Shown here: piece by piece, positions 50,528-58,653 of the stretch | Layout of the letters: each line of letters starts with the position of its first letter | Numbering within the stretch: position 1 is the first letter of the stretch | From: Escherichia phage vB_EcoP-CHD5UKE1 | Direction: 5' to 3' (one strand) | Sequence record: NC_070989.1 | DNA: 64,000 bases | Translations under genes and position numbers: made by a program | Notes under the pieces: generated by a model | The model's database searches: none | Told to the model about the DNA's origin: nothing | What the model saw: only the letters and a program-made list of their open reading frames with translations

Positions 50528-50778
50528 TTAGAGTCCTTAATAACGTTAGCTTCAACCTTAACAGGAATAACAGAGATACCCTCAACAGGACCACTCAAAC
50601 TTCCATCTTCCAGCCTGACACACACGACTCGATCTCGTGCAACTTCCACCCAATTAGTAGATGCCGCAGTACAAACCATGTGGATTGGACCATTCTCTTC
50701 CAGTCGGAAGGTATCACCCTTCTTCAGAGTGTGGAGCTTTGCTGTCTTGATGGTTTTGTTCAACTCGTTAACTTTCAT
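50524..50778 (-). CDS. small early protein, paralogue family A
   Basis: Family pattern (LKKGDTFRLEE...VCVRLEDGS). Confidence 0.5.
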   Translation of the reverse strand: MKVNELNKTIKTAKLHTLKKGDTFRLEENGPIHMVCTAASTNWVEVARDRVVCVRLEDGSLSGPVEGISVIPVKVEANVIKDSK

Positions 50779-50786
50779 ATTGATTC

Positions 50787-51098
50787 CTATTTAAGTTTGA
50801 GGCTAATATTAAGGTGCATACATGCCCTGTTCTGTACAGCAGCATAACTTCTACCGAGCATGTCAGCCATTCTCTGAATAGACATGAACCCAGCATTACG
50901 GATAAGGAACTGGTCTTCTTCTTCAGACCACTTAACTCGGATTGAAGCTCTTGATATTCCGAACTTAGTGCAAGCTGTGTTAACAGCATTCTCCGTTACA
51001 TTCATAATCTGAGCAACTTCTTGAACCGAGTACTCTTTGATCAATCTCCGAAGATTTTCAATCTGCATCGGAGTCCATATAGTTCTTCGTGCTTTCAT
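50787..51098 (-). CDS. putative DNA-binding regulator with two tandem HTH-like repeats
   Basis: Repeats WTPMQIENLRRLIKEYSVQEVAQIMNVTENAVNTA and WSEEEDQFLIRNAGFMSIQRMADMLGRSYAAVQNRA; start set at internal ATG 51098. Confidence 0.45.
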   Translation of the reverse strand: MKARRTIWTPMQIENLRRLIKEYSVQEVAQIMNVTENAVNTACTKFGISRASIRVKWSEEEDQFLIRNAGFMSIQRMADMLGRSYAAVQNRACMHLNISLKLK

Positions 51099-51388
51099 AC
51101 ATCCTCCAATTAAACATTTATATAAGACTTGCTTAGATAAAGATTCAATAAAATAGGGGGAGGGGACGAATCCTCCCATATCCTATTAATTAAGTTTGCA
51201 TGTAAGATCTAACAATCGGTTGCCTTTGTAGGAATAGGTGTAAAGCCAATCCAGCACTAAACTCCCGCCCCCTTAGTGGGCTGGGTTATTAAAGGGTAAC
51301 GCCCTTATGGGCTAGTTACATGAATGTTAGTTTGATAGGAGATCTGAAGTCCTATCTCAAAGGACTCTCGTAAGAATCCTTCACGATA

Positions 51389-51520
51389 TTACTTATTCAT
51401 TTTTCGTCGGCTATCTCTCCAAGCCAACCAAGTGTAGGTTTTCAACTCTTCTAAACTTTCTGGAGTGAAGAGATAATCTTTGAAGGTGTTTCCAAACCAC
51501 TCTAAAAACTCTTTAGTCAT
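51389..51520 (-). CDS. small hypothetical protein (start uncertain)
   Basis: ORF-track ORF 51389..51658 trimmed to internal ATG to avoid overlap with the membrane-protein ORF. Confidence 0.35.
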   Translation of the reverse strand: MTKEFLEWFGNTFKDYLFTPESLEELKTYTWLAWRDSRRKMNK

Positions 51521-51528
51521 AGAACCTC

Positions 51529-51777
51529 TTATTTTCTTGCGGGAAGAATTATATCCCACAACCCTGCCCACAAAACAAGGGATATAAAAATCACAGCAAT
51601 GATGGGCCATAGAAAAACTATAATTGCTATCTTTGATAGGTTTGGTTCGTTGCTCCATCCTCTGAACTCCACACTACCTTTTACGTCAAGGAATTTTATC
51701 AGAGCTGAAACTATCACCATACCTGTCAAGTAGACAATCAAGATACTAACAGGACTGATCACAAGGTTGATCTCCAC
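51529..51777 (-). CDS. small membrane protein (2 TM segments)
   Basis: Hydrophobic helices ILIVYLTGMVIVSALI and IAIIVFLWPIIAVIFISLVLWAGLW; start codon ambiguous (GTG at 51777 or ATG at 51720). Confidence 0.5.
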   Translation of the reverse strand: MEINLVISPVSILIVYLTGMVIVSALIKFLDVKGSVEFRGWSNEPNLSKIAIIVFLWPIIAVIFISLVLWAGLWDIILPARK

Positions 51778-51919
51778 ATGTTTTACAGATCACTGGTGAG
51801 TAACTACAGGCAGGGTATACAGACACCCCATCCCATGTCTCACATCCACAATCAGGACATGTACCGTTGGATTCCATGTCATCATCGTCATCTACTTCAC
51901 CGCCACCAAAACAACTCAT
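51746..51919 (-). CDS. small Cys-rich acidic protein (57 aa)
   Basis: Hand-translated; 11 Cys in CPDCGCE/CKTCGDQPCDQSC arrangement; RBS AGGGAG. Confidence 0.35.
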   Translation of the reverse strand: MSCFGGGEVDDDDDMESNGTCPDCGCETWDGVSVYPACSYSPVICKTCGDQPCDQSC

Positions 51920-51928
51920 ACAGACTCC

Positions 51929-52150
51929 CTAATAAACTAAACCTACAGCCTTTGCATCAGGTTGAGGGACTACCTTTGCGCTAGGGCGATAACCATCCAC
52001 TGAACCGTTCCAAAGATTGACACAGGTGACATATCCATCGTTTATGATGTCTGTTTTAATCCAGAAGTGTTTATCATGACCAAAAATACTTCCGTTTGGC
52101 AGAGTGGACAGCTCAACGGTTTTAAGCGACTGCTTAGAGTCTAGTTTCAT
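51929..52150 (-). CDS. small early protein, paralogue family A
   Basis: Family pattern (LPNGSIFGHD...VTCVNLWNGS). Confidence 0.5.
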   Translation of the reverse strand: MKLDSKQSLKTVELSTLPNGSIFGHDKHFWIKTDIINDGYVTCVNLWNGSVDGYRPSAKVVPQPDAKAVGLVY

Positions 52151-52157
52151 AATAACC

Positions 52158-52406
52158 TCAATTATCGTAGCATGTATTCCAATACATGTAGTTAACGTAC
52201 GTTCTCGGTTTGATTCCGTACATGATGAAGTGAGTCTTCTTAATCCTTTCCTTCAGCGTGTAATAAAGGCCATCACTGAAGTTACCAATCTTTACTTGGA
52301 AGCGTAAGGAGCGAGCATCCATTCGAAGCATAGAGATTAGCTGTACCCTACTACCTCCAGCCATCTCTTCAAGAAGCTTCTTTGTATTCCAATAATGAGC
52401 TGTCAT
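52158..52406 (-). CDS. small hypothetical protein (82 aa)
   Basis: ORF-track ORF. Confidence 0.5.
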   Translation of the reverse strand: MTAHYWNTKKLLEEMAGGSRVQLISMLRMDARSLRFQVKIGNFSDGLYYTLKERIKKTHFIMYGIKPRTYVNYMYWNTCYDN

Positions 52407-52407
52407 A

Positions 52408-52689
52408 TTACCACTCCTTACCGGTTGTTGTTACAGAACCACCACACCACTGCGCATCGGATAAGGTTTTAGTCTCCTCATCTACTGCTGCACCATTCAG
52501 GCATGAGATACCACTGTAACGCATATCAATTTCACCAGAATGAACCTTCTCGCCCTTATGCCAGCGAGAAACACAAACACCTTCCACTGCTACTGCACAC
52601 CATCCATCAGGACGGCTCTGTACGCAGCCTGTAAGGGCCACACAGACAAGGAAGATACAGATTAAGGATATTACACCACCCCAACTCAT
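52408..52689 (-). CDS. putative lipoprotein (93 aa)
   Basis: Signal peptide with lipobox LTGC (ISLICIFLVCVALTGCVQS); RBS AGGAGG. Confidence 0.55.
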   Translation of the reverse strand: MSWGGVISLICIFLVCVALTGCVQSRPDGWCAVAVEGVCVSRWHKGEKVHSGEIDMRYSGISCLNGAAVDEETKTLSDAQWCGGSVTTTGKEW

Positions 52690-52834
52690 AACTACCTCCT
52701 ATTTGATTTGGTGGACTATCTGGAATCGAACCAGAAGCTCACTAAGAAAGTAATTCCCACTGTTATAAAAGCACTTGCCTCAACAGGGATACACTAACTC
52801 TGGTGCCGTACCCATACTAGCCCTTGTTTAAAAT

Positions 52835-52910
52835 TGGTCGGGACGGAAGGATTCGAACCCTCGTAAGGCGAGTTAGAAGCTCGCTGCCTGTTCCACTAGA
52901 CTACGCCCCG
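52835..52910 (-). tRNA. tRNA-Arg (anticodon UCU), 76 nt with encoded CCA
   Basis: Cloverleaf folded by hand: acceptor CGGGGCG/CGTCCCG (one G-U), D-stem GTCT/AGGC, anticodon stem GCGAG/CTCGC with loop CTTCTAA, T-stem GAGGG/CCTTC with loop TTCGAAT, discriminator A, CCA. Confidence 0.8.
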
Positions 52911-53323
52911 ATAGATTTGAAACCGTTATACTTACCTGCACATGATCTGTTACAAAAAGAATTTGCATATTTAACATTTCGCTTTTCTTTTTCAAAAGAT
53001 CTTCCACAATAAGAGCAAACAACTGAAATCATTGTTCTTCCAGTAGTTGCTTCTAATGTTGACTTCTTTCTGTGATTTTCTATGGAAAGTATCTGAAGAT
53101 TAGATATGTCATCATTAGTTTTATTTCTGTCAATATGATCAACCTCCTCGTCTTCAGTTAGGTACCTGCCTATGTGACAAGACATTAAATATCTTGCGTA
53201 AGAAATGGTTGTCCTCTCCGTGTCGGTATTATACAAATCAACACGCTTCCTACCGTCTCTGCTTGTTCTTAAGTAGCCCAATCGCCAGTCATTAACGAAG
53301 GGGTATTCTAACTCTATCTTCAA
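52901..53323 (-). CDS. HNH homing endonuclease
   Basis: EEVDHIDRNKTNDDISNLQILSIENHRKK HNH core plus C-terminal Cys cluster; stop codon lies within the tRNA 5' acceptor stem. Confidence 0.7.
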   Translation of the reverse strand: MKIELEYPFVNDWRLGYLRTSRDGRKRVDLYNTDTERTTISYARYLMSCHIGRYLTEDEEVDHIDRNKTNDDISNLQILSIENHRKKSTLEATTGRTMISVVCSYCGRSFEKEKRNVKYANSFCNRSCAGKYNGFKSIGA

Positions 53324-53357
53324 AACCCCTCCATTGAGCTAAGGGTGCTGAGTTTGT

Positions 53358-53567
53358 TTAACTAAAGATACGCAAGGCCACATCGTGACCGATATGACCG
53401 GGAACTTTATGCTGTTCTATTTTCAAACAGCGCTTACAGACACGAGATACACTAGACTCTTTTCTCTCGACTGGAGTGTCTTTAGCGTGAGTGATTTGAA
53501 GGTTTTCAGTGATCACCCACTCGTGTTTACATCCAGAATCTTCGGGCTTTTTCTTACGAAAGAACAT
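53358..53567 (-). CDS. small zinc-ribbon protein, tandem paralogue (family B)
   Basis: CKHEW...CKRC pattern; ORF-track ORF trimmed to internal ATG 53567. Confidence 0.45.
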   Translation of the reverse strand: MFFRKKKPEDSGCKHEWVITENLQITHAKDTPVERKESSVSRVCKRCLKIEQHKVPGHIGHDVALRIFS

Positions 53568-53575
53568 AACACCCC

Positions 53576-53740
53576 TTAGATCAGATCTGTTTTCTTGTGC
53601 AGACCACAAACTTTACAGCGAGAGTAGATACGCAACCCTTGTCGCTCTCTGTCAGTAAGTTTATTTGTGATCGTCAGTTCATAAGTAGAAAGATCTTCCC
53701 ACTCATGGAAATGAAAGAAGCGTTTGAACCATTTGATCAT
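53576..53740 (-). CDS. small zinc-ribbon protein, tandem paralogue (family B)
   Basis: Hand-translated 54-aa ORF MIKWFKRFFHFHEW...CKVCG, paralogous to neighbours. Confidence 0.4.
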   Translation of the reverse strand: MIKWFKRFFHFHEWEDLSTYELTITNKLTDRERQGLRIYSRCKVCGLHKKTDLI

Positions 53741-53749
53741 AATGATTCC

Positions 53750-53911
53750 TTAGATTACATCACGATGACTAACATCACCACACACCTTACACTGAATAAC
53801 GTAACGTGTGCCCTTGTCATTATTCCCATCTGAATCTGTATAGACCAGAGGGCGAGTATCAATAATCTTCCAATCATGACAATGAAAGACACGCTTTAGC
53901 CACTTGAACAT
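53750..53911 (-). CDS. small zinc-ribbon protein, tandem paralogue (family B)
   Basis: MFKWLKRVFHCHDW...CKVCG; ORF-track ORF trimmed to internal ATG 53911. Confidence 0.45.
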   Translation of the reverse strand: MFKWLKRVFHCHDWKIIDTRPLVYTDSDGNNDKGTRYVIQCKVCGDVSHRDVI

Positions 53912-53918
53912 ATTAACC

Positions 53919-54170
53919 TCAAGCACAAGCAGGGAGGGTGATGATCTTATACTGACCTTCAAACTCTCCAAATAAACCTAAGAATGTAGGACTGTAAGTA
54001 CCAGTACAAACAAACTCATCAAACAGTGCGTTATAGCTAGGCTTAATCTTCCAAGCCCATACATAACCCATCTTGTCAATTGCAATGTAACGAGTGTTCA
54101 GAGGAACAGTCATCATCACATCATCAACTTCAATCACTTTAGTTATCGGTGCAGCTTGGAAGTTTTTCAT
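53919..54170 (-). CDS. small hypothetical protein
   Basis: ORF-track ORF 53919..54218 trimmed to the ATG adjacent to the upstream stop. Confidence 0.45.
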   Translation of the reverse strand: MKNFQAAPITKVIEVDDVMMTVPLNTRYIAIDKMGYVWAWKIKPSYNALFDEFVCTGTYSPTFLGLFGEFEGQYKIITLPACA

Positions 54171-54391
54171 CCTACTCTCCTGACGTTTAGGGTAGCTTGA
54201 TAAAATTTGACAGGACAACTTCTATCAAACGTAAATCTTGTTTCAGGGTTATTTATACAGATAGCATGTCTGTGCATAACCTTCATATATAAAGGAGGTT
54301 TTGTATCACCATCTATCTCTAGAGAGAACACATCACCATTACGGAGGCTGCCAAAAGTGTTATCTTTAGGCTCAGAGCGAACGATAATCAT
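54167..54391 (-). CDS. small early protein, paralogue family A
   Basis: Family pattern (LRNGDVFSLEIDGD...). Confidence 0.5.
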   Translation of the reverse strand: MIIVRSEPKDNTFGSLRNGDVFSLEIDGDTKPPLYMKVMHRHAICINNPETRFTFDRSCPVKFYQATLNVRRVG

Positions 54392-54564
54392 ACTTTACCT
54401 TTGATAAAAAGGTCATTACCACAGACATAGCATGAACGAACAACAGTAGCGCCACGCTGAACAATACGAACCTCTTCCTTAACCAGACTAATACGAGCAC
54501 CGCAGCAAGGGGAGTTGACATAAGAGTAACCAGCTTGCGTATGTTTGATTGTTTGCTTAGACAT
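54388..54564 (-). CDS. small zinc-ribbon protein (58 aa)
   Basis: Hand-translated; CC...C-x2-C; RBS AGAGGAAG; ATGA-type overlap with downstream gene; preceded by terminator. Confidence 0.4.
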   Translation of the reverse strand: MSKQTIKHTQAGYSYVNSPCCGARISLVKEEVRIVQRGATVVRSCYVCGNDLFIKGKV

Positions 54565-54607
54565 TTTAGCTTCCTCTTGTTAGTTTAAGTAAGAGCTGAC
54601 CCTTAAT

Positions 54608-54639
54608 TAAAACAACAAAGGCCACCCGAAGGCAGCCTC
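54608..54639 (-). terminator. rho-independent terminator (minus strand)
   Basis: aggctgcc-ttcg-ggtggcct followed by TTGTTGTTTT on the minus strand. Confidence 0.6.
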
Positions 54640-54642
54640 TCT

Positions 54643-54852
54643 TTATTGACTCACACCACGAATCAGATGATTCTGTAGCATTTCGTCTTCTGCATTATAC
54701 AGGAATGCAAACATCAACTCCTTAGCCACATCTCTTGAGCAATTAAGACACTTAGAGATTTGAGTTAGTTGCATGTTACGTTCAGTGTGTTCCATCAAGG
54801 CAATGCGAATGATCTCTCGCATACCTATTACATGAACTGTTTTAACCGGCAT
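54643..54852 (-). CDS. small hypothetical protein (start uncertain)
   Basis: ORF-track ORF 54643..54894 trimmed to internal ATG; an upstream 46-aa ORF (54842..54982) overlaps in another frame. Confidence 0.4.
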   Translation of the reverse strand: MPVKTVHVIGMREIIRIALMEHTERNMQLTQISKCLNCSRDVAKELMFAFLYNAEDEMLQNHLIRGVSQ

Positions 54853-55340
54853 AGGTCCAATTGCCTTGCTTGTTACGGATGGCTGACATTGCATGAATCC
54901 AGAAGCCTTCCAGTTTCAGAGCACCATTAGCTACTGCATCCATACGTTCAGGGCGGTTCATACGTTTGGTTGATACTTTCATACCTATCTCTCTTTGTTA
55001 GTGGAGGCATTATTGCCAGTTGATATAAGGGGTAGCCCTAGTCAGTAGACTAATCCTGACCGCGTACTCATTGCCGACCTTCTCTGCCTAAGAGTTCAGG
55101 TTCTAGAGCTATCTCTTATTCCAACTGGTGAAGACTCCCTACCCCTAGGAAGTCTCCTGAATCCCAAACCAATATGTACCCCTACATATCAGAAAGTCTT
55201 TCGAAAATTAACAGGTTTTAGTCTAACACCGGATGTTCGAGCAAGCTCTCCCTAGCGGTGTGGCATATGCCTGAATTAATAAGTTAATGAGGAACACCCT
55301 CACATAGCCCTCTGATAAACACAAGGGCTATAAGTCGGCG

Positions 55341-55559
55341 TTACTTTTGGGATAAACACAGATCAGGACGTGGCATAACAGTGGTTGATAGGCCGAAGAC
55401 TTCAACATAACCACTGTTCAAGTTAGCAGCTTTACACAGACCATCAGGGGTTTTATCTTCTAGCATCAGCCAGAAACGTCTATCGTAAGAGAAAACATCA
55501 CCACCCTTAACATCTTCTGCATTTGCATATTTAGGATAATCAACTACTTTAATTTCCAT
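55341..55559 (-). CDS. small early protein, paralogue family A
   Basis: Family pattern (VKGGDVFSYDRRFWLML...AANLNSG). Confidence 0.5.
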   Translation of the reverse strand: MEIKVVDYPKYANAEDVKGGDVFSYDRRFWLMLEDKTPDGLCKAANLNSGYVEVFGLSTTVMPRPDLCLSQK

Positions 55560-55569
55560 CTAATTGCCC

Positions 55570-55788
55570 TTATTGATAAATAGAAAGGTGGATAAGTTTA
55601 TTCACATGAGCGAAGTTAGGTAGGATTTGCATCTCATTGTTGAAGATATTAAAACAACGAACCCCGCCCTCTACAGCATAAGCAGATTTCTGAAACAGAC
55701 TACCTCCCCACACAAATACATCATGTGTTTCAAGAGATCGTAACTGAACAGCCTCGTCAACAACCTTCTTTTCAATGTTCATAATCAC
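55570..55788 (-). CDS. small early protein, paralogue family A
   Basis: Family pattern (LETHDVFVWGG...). Confidence 0.5.
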   Translation of the reverse strand: MIMNIEKKVVDEAVQLRSLETHDVFVWGGSLFQKSAYAVEGGVRCFNIFNNEMQILPNFAHVNKLIHLSIYQ

Positions 55789-56039
55789 TTCCGATTAGTA
55801 ATAACAACGTCATGAAGAAGAACAACCTTGCTTTTCGAGCTGAGCTTAAGGACTTGCTTGTTTGTTAGACTAAGGACGACACAACCACCATCAGAAGGCT
55901 TAGTCTCCTCGACCTGCGATCTAAACAGGTGAACAACCATGTAGAAATCTGCTCGTGTTTCCCTGATTTGGAATACATCTCCAAGTTTGAGATCACCAAC
56001 ACACAAAGACGGTTCATTTACTTCAAGATTAATCTTCAT
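55785..56039 (-). CDS. small early protein, paralogue family A
   Basis: Family pattern (LKLGDVFQIRETRADFYMVVHLF...). Confidence 0.5.
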   Translation of the reverse strand: MKINLEVNEPSLCVGDLKLGDVFQIRETRADFYMVVHLFRSQVEETKPSDGGCVVLSLTNKQVLKLSSKSKVVLLHDVVITNRK

Positions 56040-56292
56040 CTTTAACCTCTACCTCTACGTTGGTTATGTGGAGATCATTACGAACTTGGCAGACCTCATT
56101 TCGGTTAATAGGGACAAGCTTTCCATAGACCACATCAACGCATTTAACATGATAATCAGATGTTGAGTCTGTTCTGATATAGAGTTTTTCTCGGAAAGAA
56201 AACAAAACTCCCGGCCTCATGTTATTTAAACGAAGGTGATGGCCTGTTTCTTGGATATTAACTTTCACTGTTGATCTCCTGCTGTTTAGCAA
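56029..56292 (-). CDS. small early protein, paralogue family A (start uncertain)
   Basis: Family pattern (MRPGVLFSFREKLYIRTD...); 5' end overlaps the upstream ORF. Confidence 0.45.
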   Translation of the reverse strand: MLNSRRSTVKVNIQETGHHLRLNNMRPGVLFSFREKLYIRTDSTSDYHVKCVDVVYGKLVPINRNEVCQVRNDLHITNVEVEVKDED

Positions 56293-56554
56293 TAGCTACT
56301 CGCAAGTCTTCATTAGCACGAGCAAGGCGTTTAACTTCATGATCAAGGCTGATAAGGCGCTTGTTTCTGTCTTCAACTTGCATAATAAGATCGTTGAGTG
56401 TTACTTTAACTTTCTCATTATACATCTCATCTACTCGGACAAGAGATTTATACATTCTCTCCCAGCTTGCTGCTTTGTTTCTTAGGATAATAAATCCTAG
56501 AACGCTGATAGTTAAACAGATTACAAAAAGGAATTTATATACTTCTAAAGTCAT
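56258..56554 (-). CDS. small membrane-anchored coiled-coil protein
   Basis: N-terminal TM LFVICLTISVLGFIIL then charged helical region. Confidence 0.5.
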   Translation of the reverse strand: MTLEVYKFLFVICLTISVLGFIILRNKAASWERMYKSLVRVDEMYNEKVKVTLNDLIMQVEDRNKRLISLDHEVKRLARANEDLRVAIAKQQEINSES

Positions 56555-56753
56555 ATTATTTACCCTTTATCAGAGATTAAAAGTAATATTATTTAAGTAA
56601 GTTATGTTTAGTAAACTTATTTTCTAAGAAATTTTCAAAGGGTCTATATACAGAGCATTACCCATAGTTCCAGAATACTACCATCTTTTTCAATAAATTT
56701 ACTAAGTGATTGGTTTATAAAGGAATTTAGTTTGTCAAATCTGGCACTAGTGA

Positions 56754-57143
56754 TTATTCCCTAGAGCTATTATCGAACACTAAATCACCACAATACATAG
56801 GATTGGCATACCATTTTGGCACCCCTTCGCTCTTACTCTGAAAGTAAGTCCCACTGTACAGCGGAACATAATTCTTCTTAAGGGCACGTTTAGCCAGCCG
56901 CTCGCTTTCTCCAATAGCTTGCTTAGTCATCGGATTTTTATCACGAATCAGCTTTACATAACGTTTATAAGGTTTCTCCTGTTTTAATAGTACCGGAATC
57001 CACTCAAACTGGTTCTTTTGTCTTATCACCTGTTCAGCGGTCAGTTTTCGTTGGGCCATTCTATTTATTACGGTATCCGCAACTAAAGCCTTACATGCGG
57101 TTGGCTGATTCCCTGCCTCATAATAAATAGTCAATGTCAACAT
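56754..57143 (-). CDS. SleB-like cell-wall hydrolase family protein
   Basis: TIYYEAGNQ...CKALVADTVINRM resembles the conserved N-terminal motif of SleB/Hydrolase_2 proteins. Confidence 0.55.
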   Translation of the reverse strand: MLTLTIYYEAGNQPTACKALVADTVINRMAQRKLTAEQVIRQKNQFEWIPVLLKQEKPYKRYVKLIRDKNPMTKQAIGESERLAKRALKKNYVPLYSGTYFQSKSEGVPKWYANPMYCGDLVFDNSSRE

Positions 57144-57191
57144 TAGCTGGGCCGTTGTTATCAGAACTTGCTACCTCCTGTTTTACGGGCA

Positions 57192-57218
57192 TAAAAAAGC
57201 CCCAGCCGTAGCCGGGGC
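57192..57218 (-). terminator. rho-independent terminator (minus strand)
   Basis: gccccggc-tacg-gctggggc followed by TTTTTTAT on the minus strand. Confidence 0.65.
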
Positions 57219-57280
57219 AAACCTGAAAGCAACACATGACCGTTGCTATAAATACACTCGCAAATGCACTTATAGCAACG

Positions 57281-57303
57281 CAAAAAGCCGCTCAAAGGCG
57301 GCT
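57281..57303 (-). terminator. second tandem terminator (minus strand)
   Basis: agccgc-ctttga-gcggct followed by TTTTTG on the minus strand. Confidence 0.5.
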
Positions 57304-57383
57304 ATGCGGAAGCTTCAAATGGGGAGAGGGCACGACGCTACAGAAAGAGCGTCATAGTACTAAAAGAGGGGGCTATATTCCTA

Positions 57384-57827
57384 CTACTTAACCCTTGCCT
57401 CTTTGATGGGGTCAATGTATTTTTCAACGCCCCACTTGTGTTTACTATCTGCGTAGAAAACATCAGGTGCACACTGGCTTGTCTTAGGGAAAGCCTGAGG
57501 GTCTTTCGTGCTACCCTTAAACTTCTGTTTACCACGGGTGCGACCATTACAGAAGATTTCTAACTTCTTCTCTTCTTCTGTTTTAGCGCCCCCGCTCTGT
57601 AACAAAGAACGTTTATGATCAGCTAACAACAACGCATCAGCACGGTGGACACGATGACCTACACGTTTTGTCACACTGGAAGGAATATGGGATTCAGCCT
57701 CAGCCTTTGCAGCACGACGTTTTAAACTACGCTTACTAACGTGATTAGTTGCCTTCGGTTTCTCTTTCTCTAGTTCAGAGATAGCAAAACAACGCCCGCC
57801 CTTCATGCTGATTTTAGATTTAGCCAC
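57384..57827 (-). CDS. basic hypothetical protein (147 aa)
   Basis: ORF-track ORF; Lys/Arg-rich. Confidence 0.5.
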   Translation of the reverse strand: MAKSKISMKGGRCFAISELEKEKPKATNHVSKRSLKRRAAKAEAESHIPSSVTKRVGHRVHRADALLLADHKRSLLQSGGAKTEEEKKLEIFCNGRTRGKQKFKGSTKDPQAFPKTSQCAPDVFYADSKHKWGVEKYIDPIKEARVK

Positions 57828-57896
57828 AATCTTATTCCTTTTAGTGATAAATTATATCGGGCAAGCCCATCAAGGTGATAGGCTTGAACAAACAAC

Positions 57897-58106
57897 TTAA
57901 TCAAGTAAACCGAATGACTTCCAACTGCGTAGCAGGGTTGTACCATCATCCATAGTTACACATAATTTTAGTAGTTTCTTATTGGCACTACTCACCGTTG
58001 TAATTCGTCCGGTTGTACATTTACCTTTATTGCTATAAAGATACACTACACGACGACCTAACAAACGAGAGGGAGCTTTCTTAAACTCTGAAATATTAGT
58101 GATCAT
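57897..58106 (-). CDS. small hypothetical protein (69 aa)
   Basis: ORF-track ORF; stop/start overlap with upstream ORF. Confidence 0.5.
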   Translation of the reverse strand: MITNISEFKKAPSRLLGRRVVYLYSNKGKCTTGRITTVSSANKKLLKLCVTMDDGTTLLRSWKSFGLLD

Positions 58107-58327
58107 AATGCTTGATACCTTTGAATATGTTCAATACGGGTGGATTGAGCAAATGACGCTTTAACAGCCATTTTCCTAACTTCTTCTTTACGTTGGTTAG
58201 TGTGTACAGTATCCCAATGACTGTTATCACGTTGGCGCTGTAATATCTTACTACATTTGCGATGGTTTCCCGTGCTGCGATGTTTCTCACAAATAGGACA
58301 TTTGCCAAAATTATTACTGAATATCAT
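58103..58327 (-). CDS. small basic zinc-binding protein (74 aa)
   Basis: CPICEKH...H..KC; coupled by ATGA-type overlaps to both neighbours (preferred over the overlapping frame 58096..58308). Confidence 0.5.
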   Translation of the reverse strand: MIFSNNFGKCPICEKHRSTGNHRKCSKILQRQRDNSHWDTVHTNQRKEEVRKMAVKASFAQSTRIEHIQRYQAL

Positions 58328-58551
58328 TTTCTCAATCCCAACTTTCTTAAGATACGGCCTAACGTTGTTTCTTGCGTGATAATATAGCTGATCGCTTCAC
58401 GTTCCAATGTTTCAATCTTCATTGGTGACGGATACCATTCACCGGTAATAACACATTTATATTCAACGCCATACTTTTTAGATAGGCGGTAATGTTGACC
58501 GTTGACAAGATTCCTATAAATCGTGGTATGCGTAATTAACATGATCATCAC
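58324..58551 (-). CDS. small hypothetical protein (75 aa)
   Basis: ORF-track ORF. Confidence 0.5.
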   Translation of the reverse strand: MMIMLITHTTIYRNLVNGQHYRLSKKYGVEYKCVITGEWYPSPMKIETLEREAISYIITQETTLGRILRKLGLRK

Positions 58552-58595
58552 CTTTGATTAAATTCTTTGATTAATGCACTGAATCAATGCACTGA

Positions 58596-58632
58596 TAAAA
58601 GAAAAGGCGCTACCCATTAAGATAGCGCCTTA
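58596..58632 (-). terminator. rho-independent terminator (minus strand)
   Basis: aaggcgcta-(loop)-tagcgcctt followed by TTTTCTTTT on the minus strand. Confidence 0.6.
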
Positions 58633-58653
58633 TGTTTATTCAAATTGTCTTAC

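Noticed and set aside
52708-52735. Second tRNA-like T-arm motif (GGAATCGAACC on the plus strand) about 130 bp from the tRNA-Arg gene
   Set aside because: Could not fold a cloverleaf by hand: no 5' partner for the acceptor strand and no anticodon stem at the right spacing. Probably a coincidental or degenerate remnant.
56641-56660. Motif TAATGCTCTGTATATAG (minus strand) in the intergenic region upstream of gene 56258..56554
   Set aside because: Contains TGTATATAG but with a 3-nt insertion relative to TAATGTATA; too divergent to call without transcript data.
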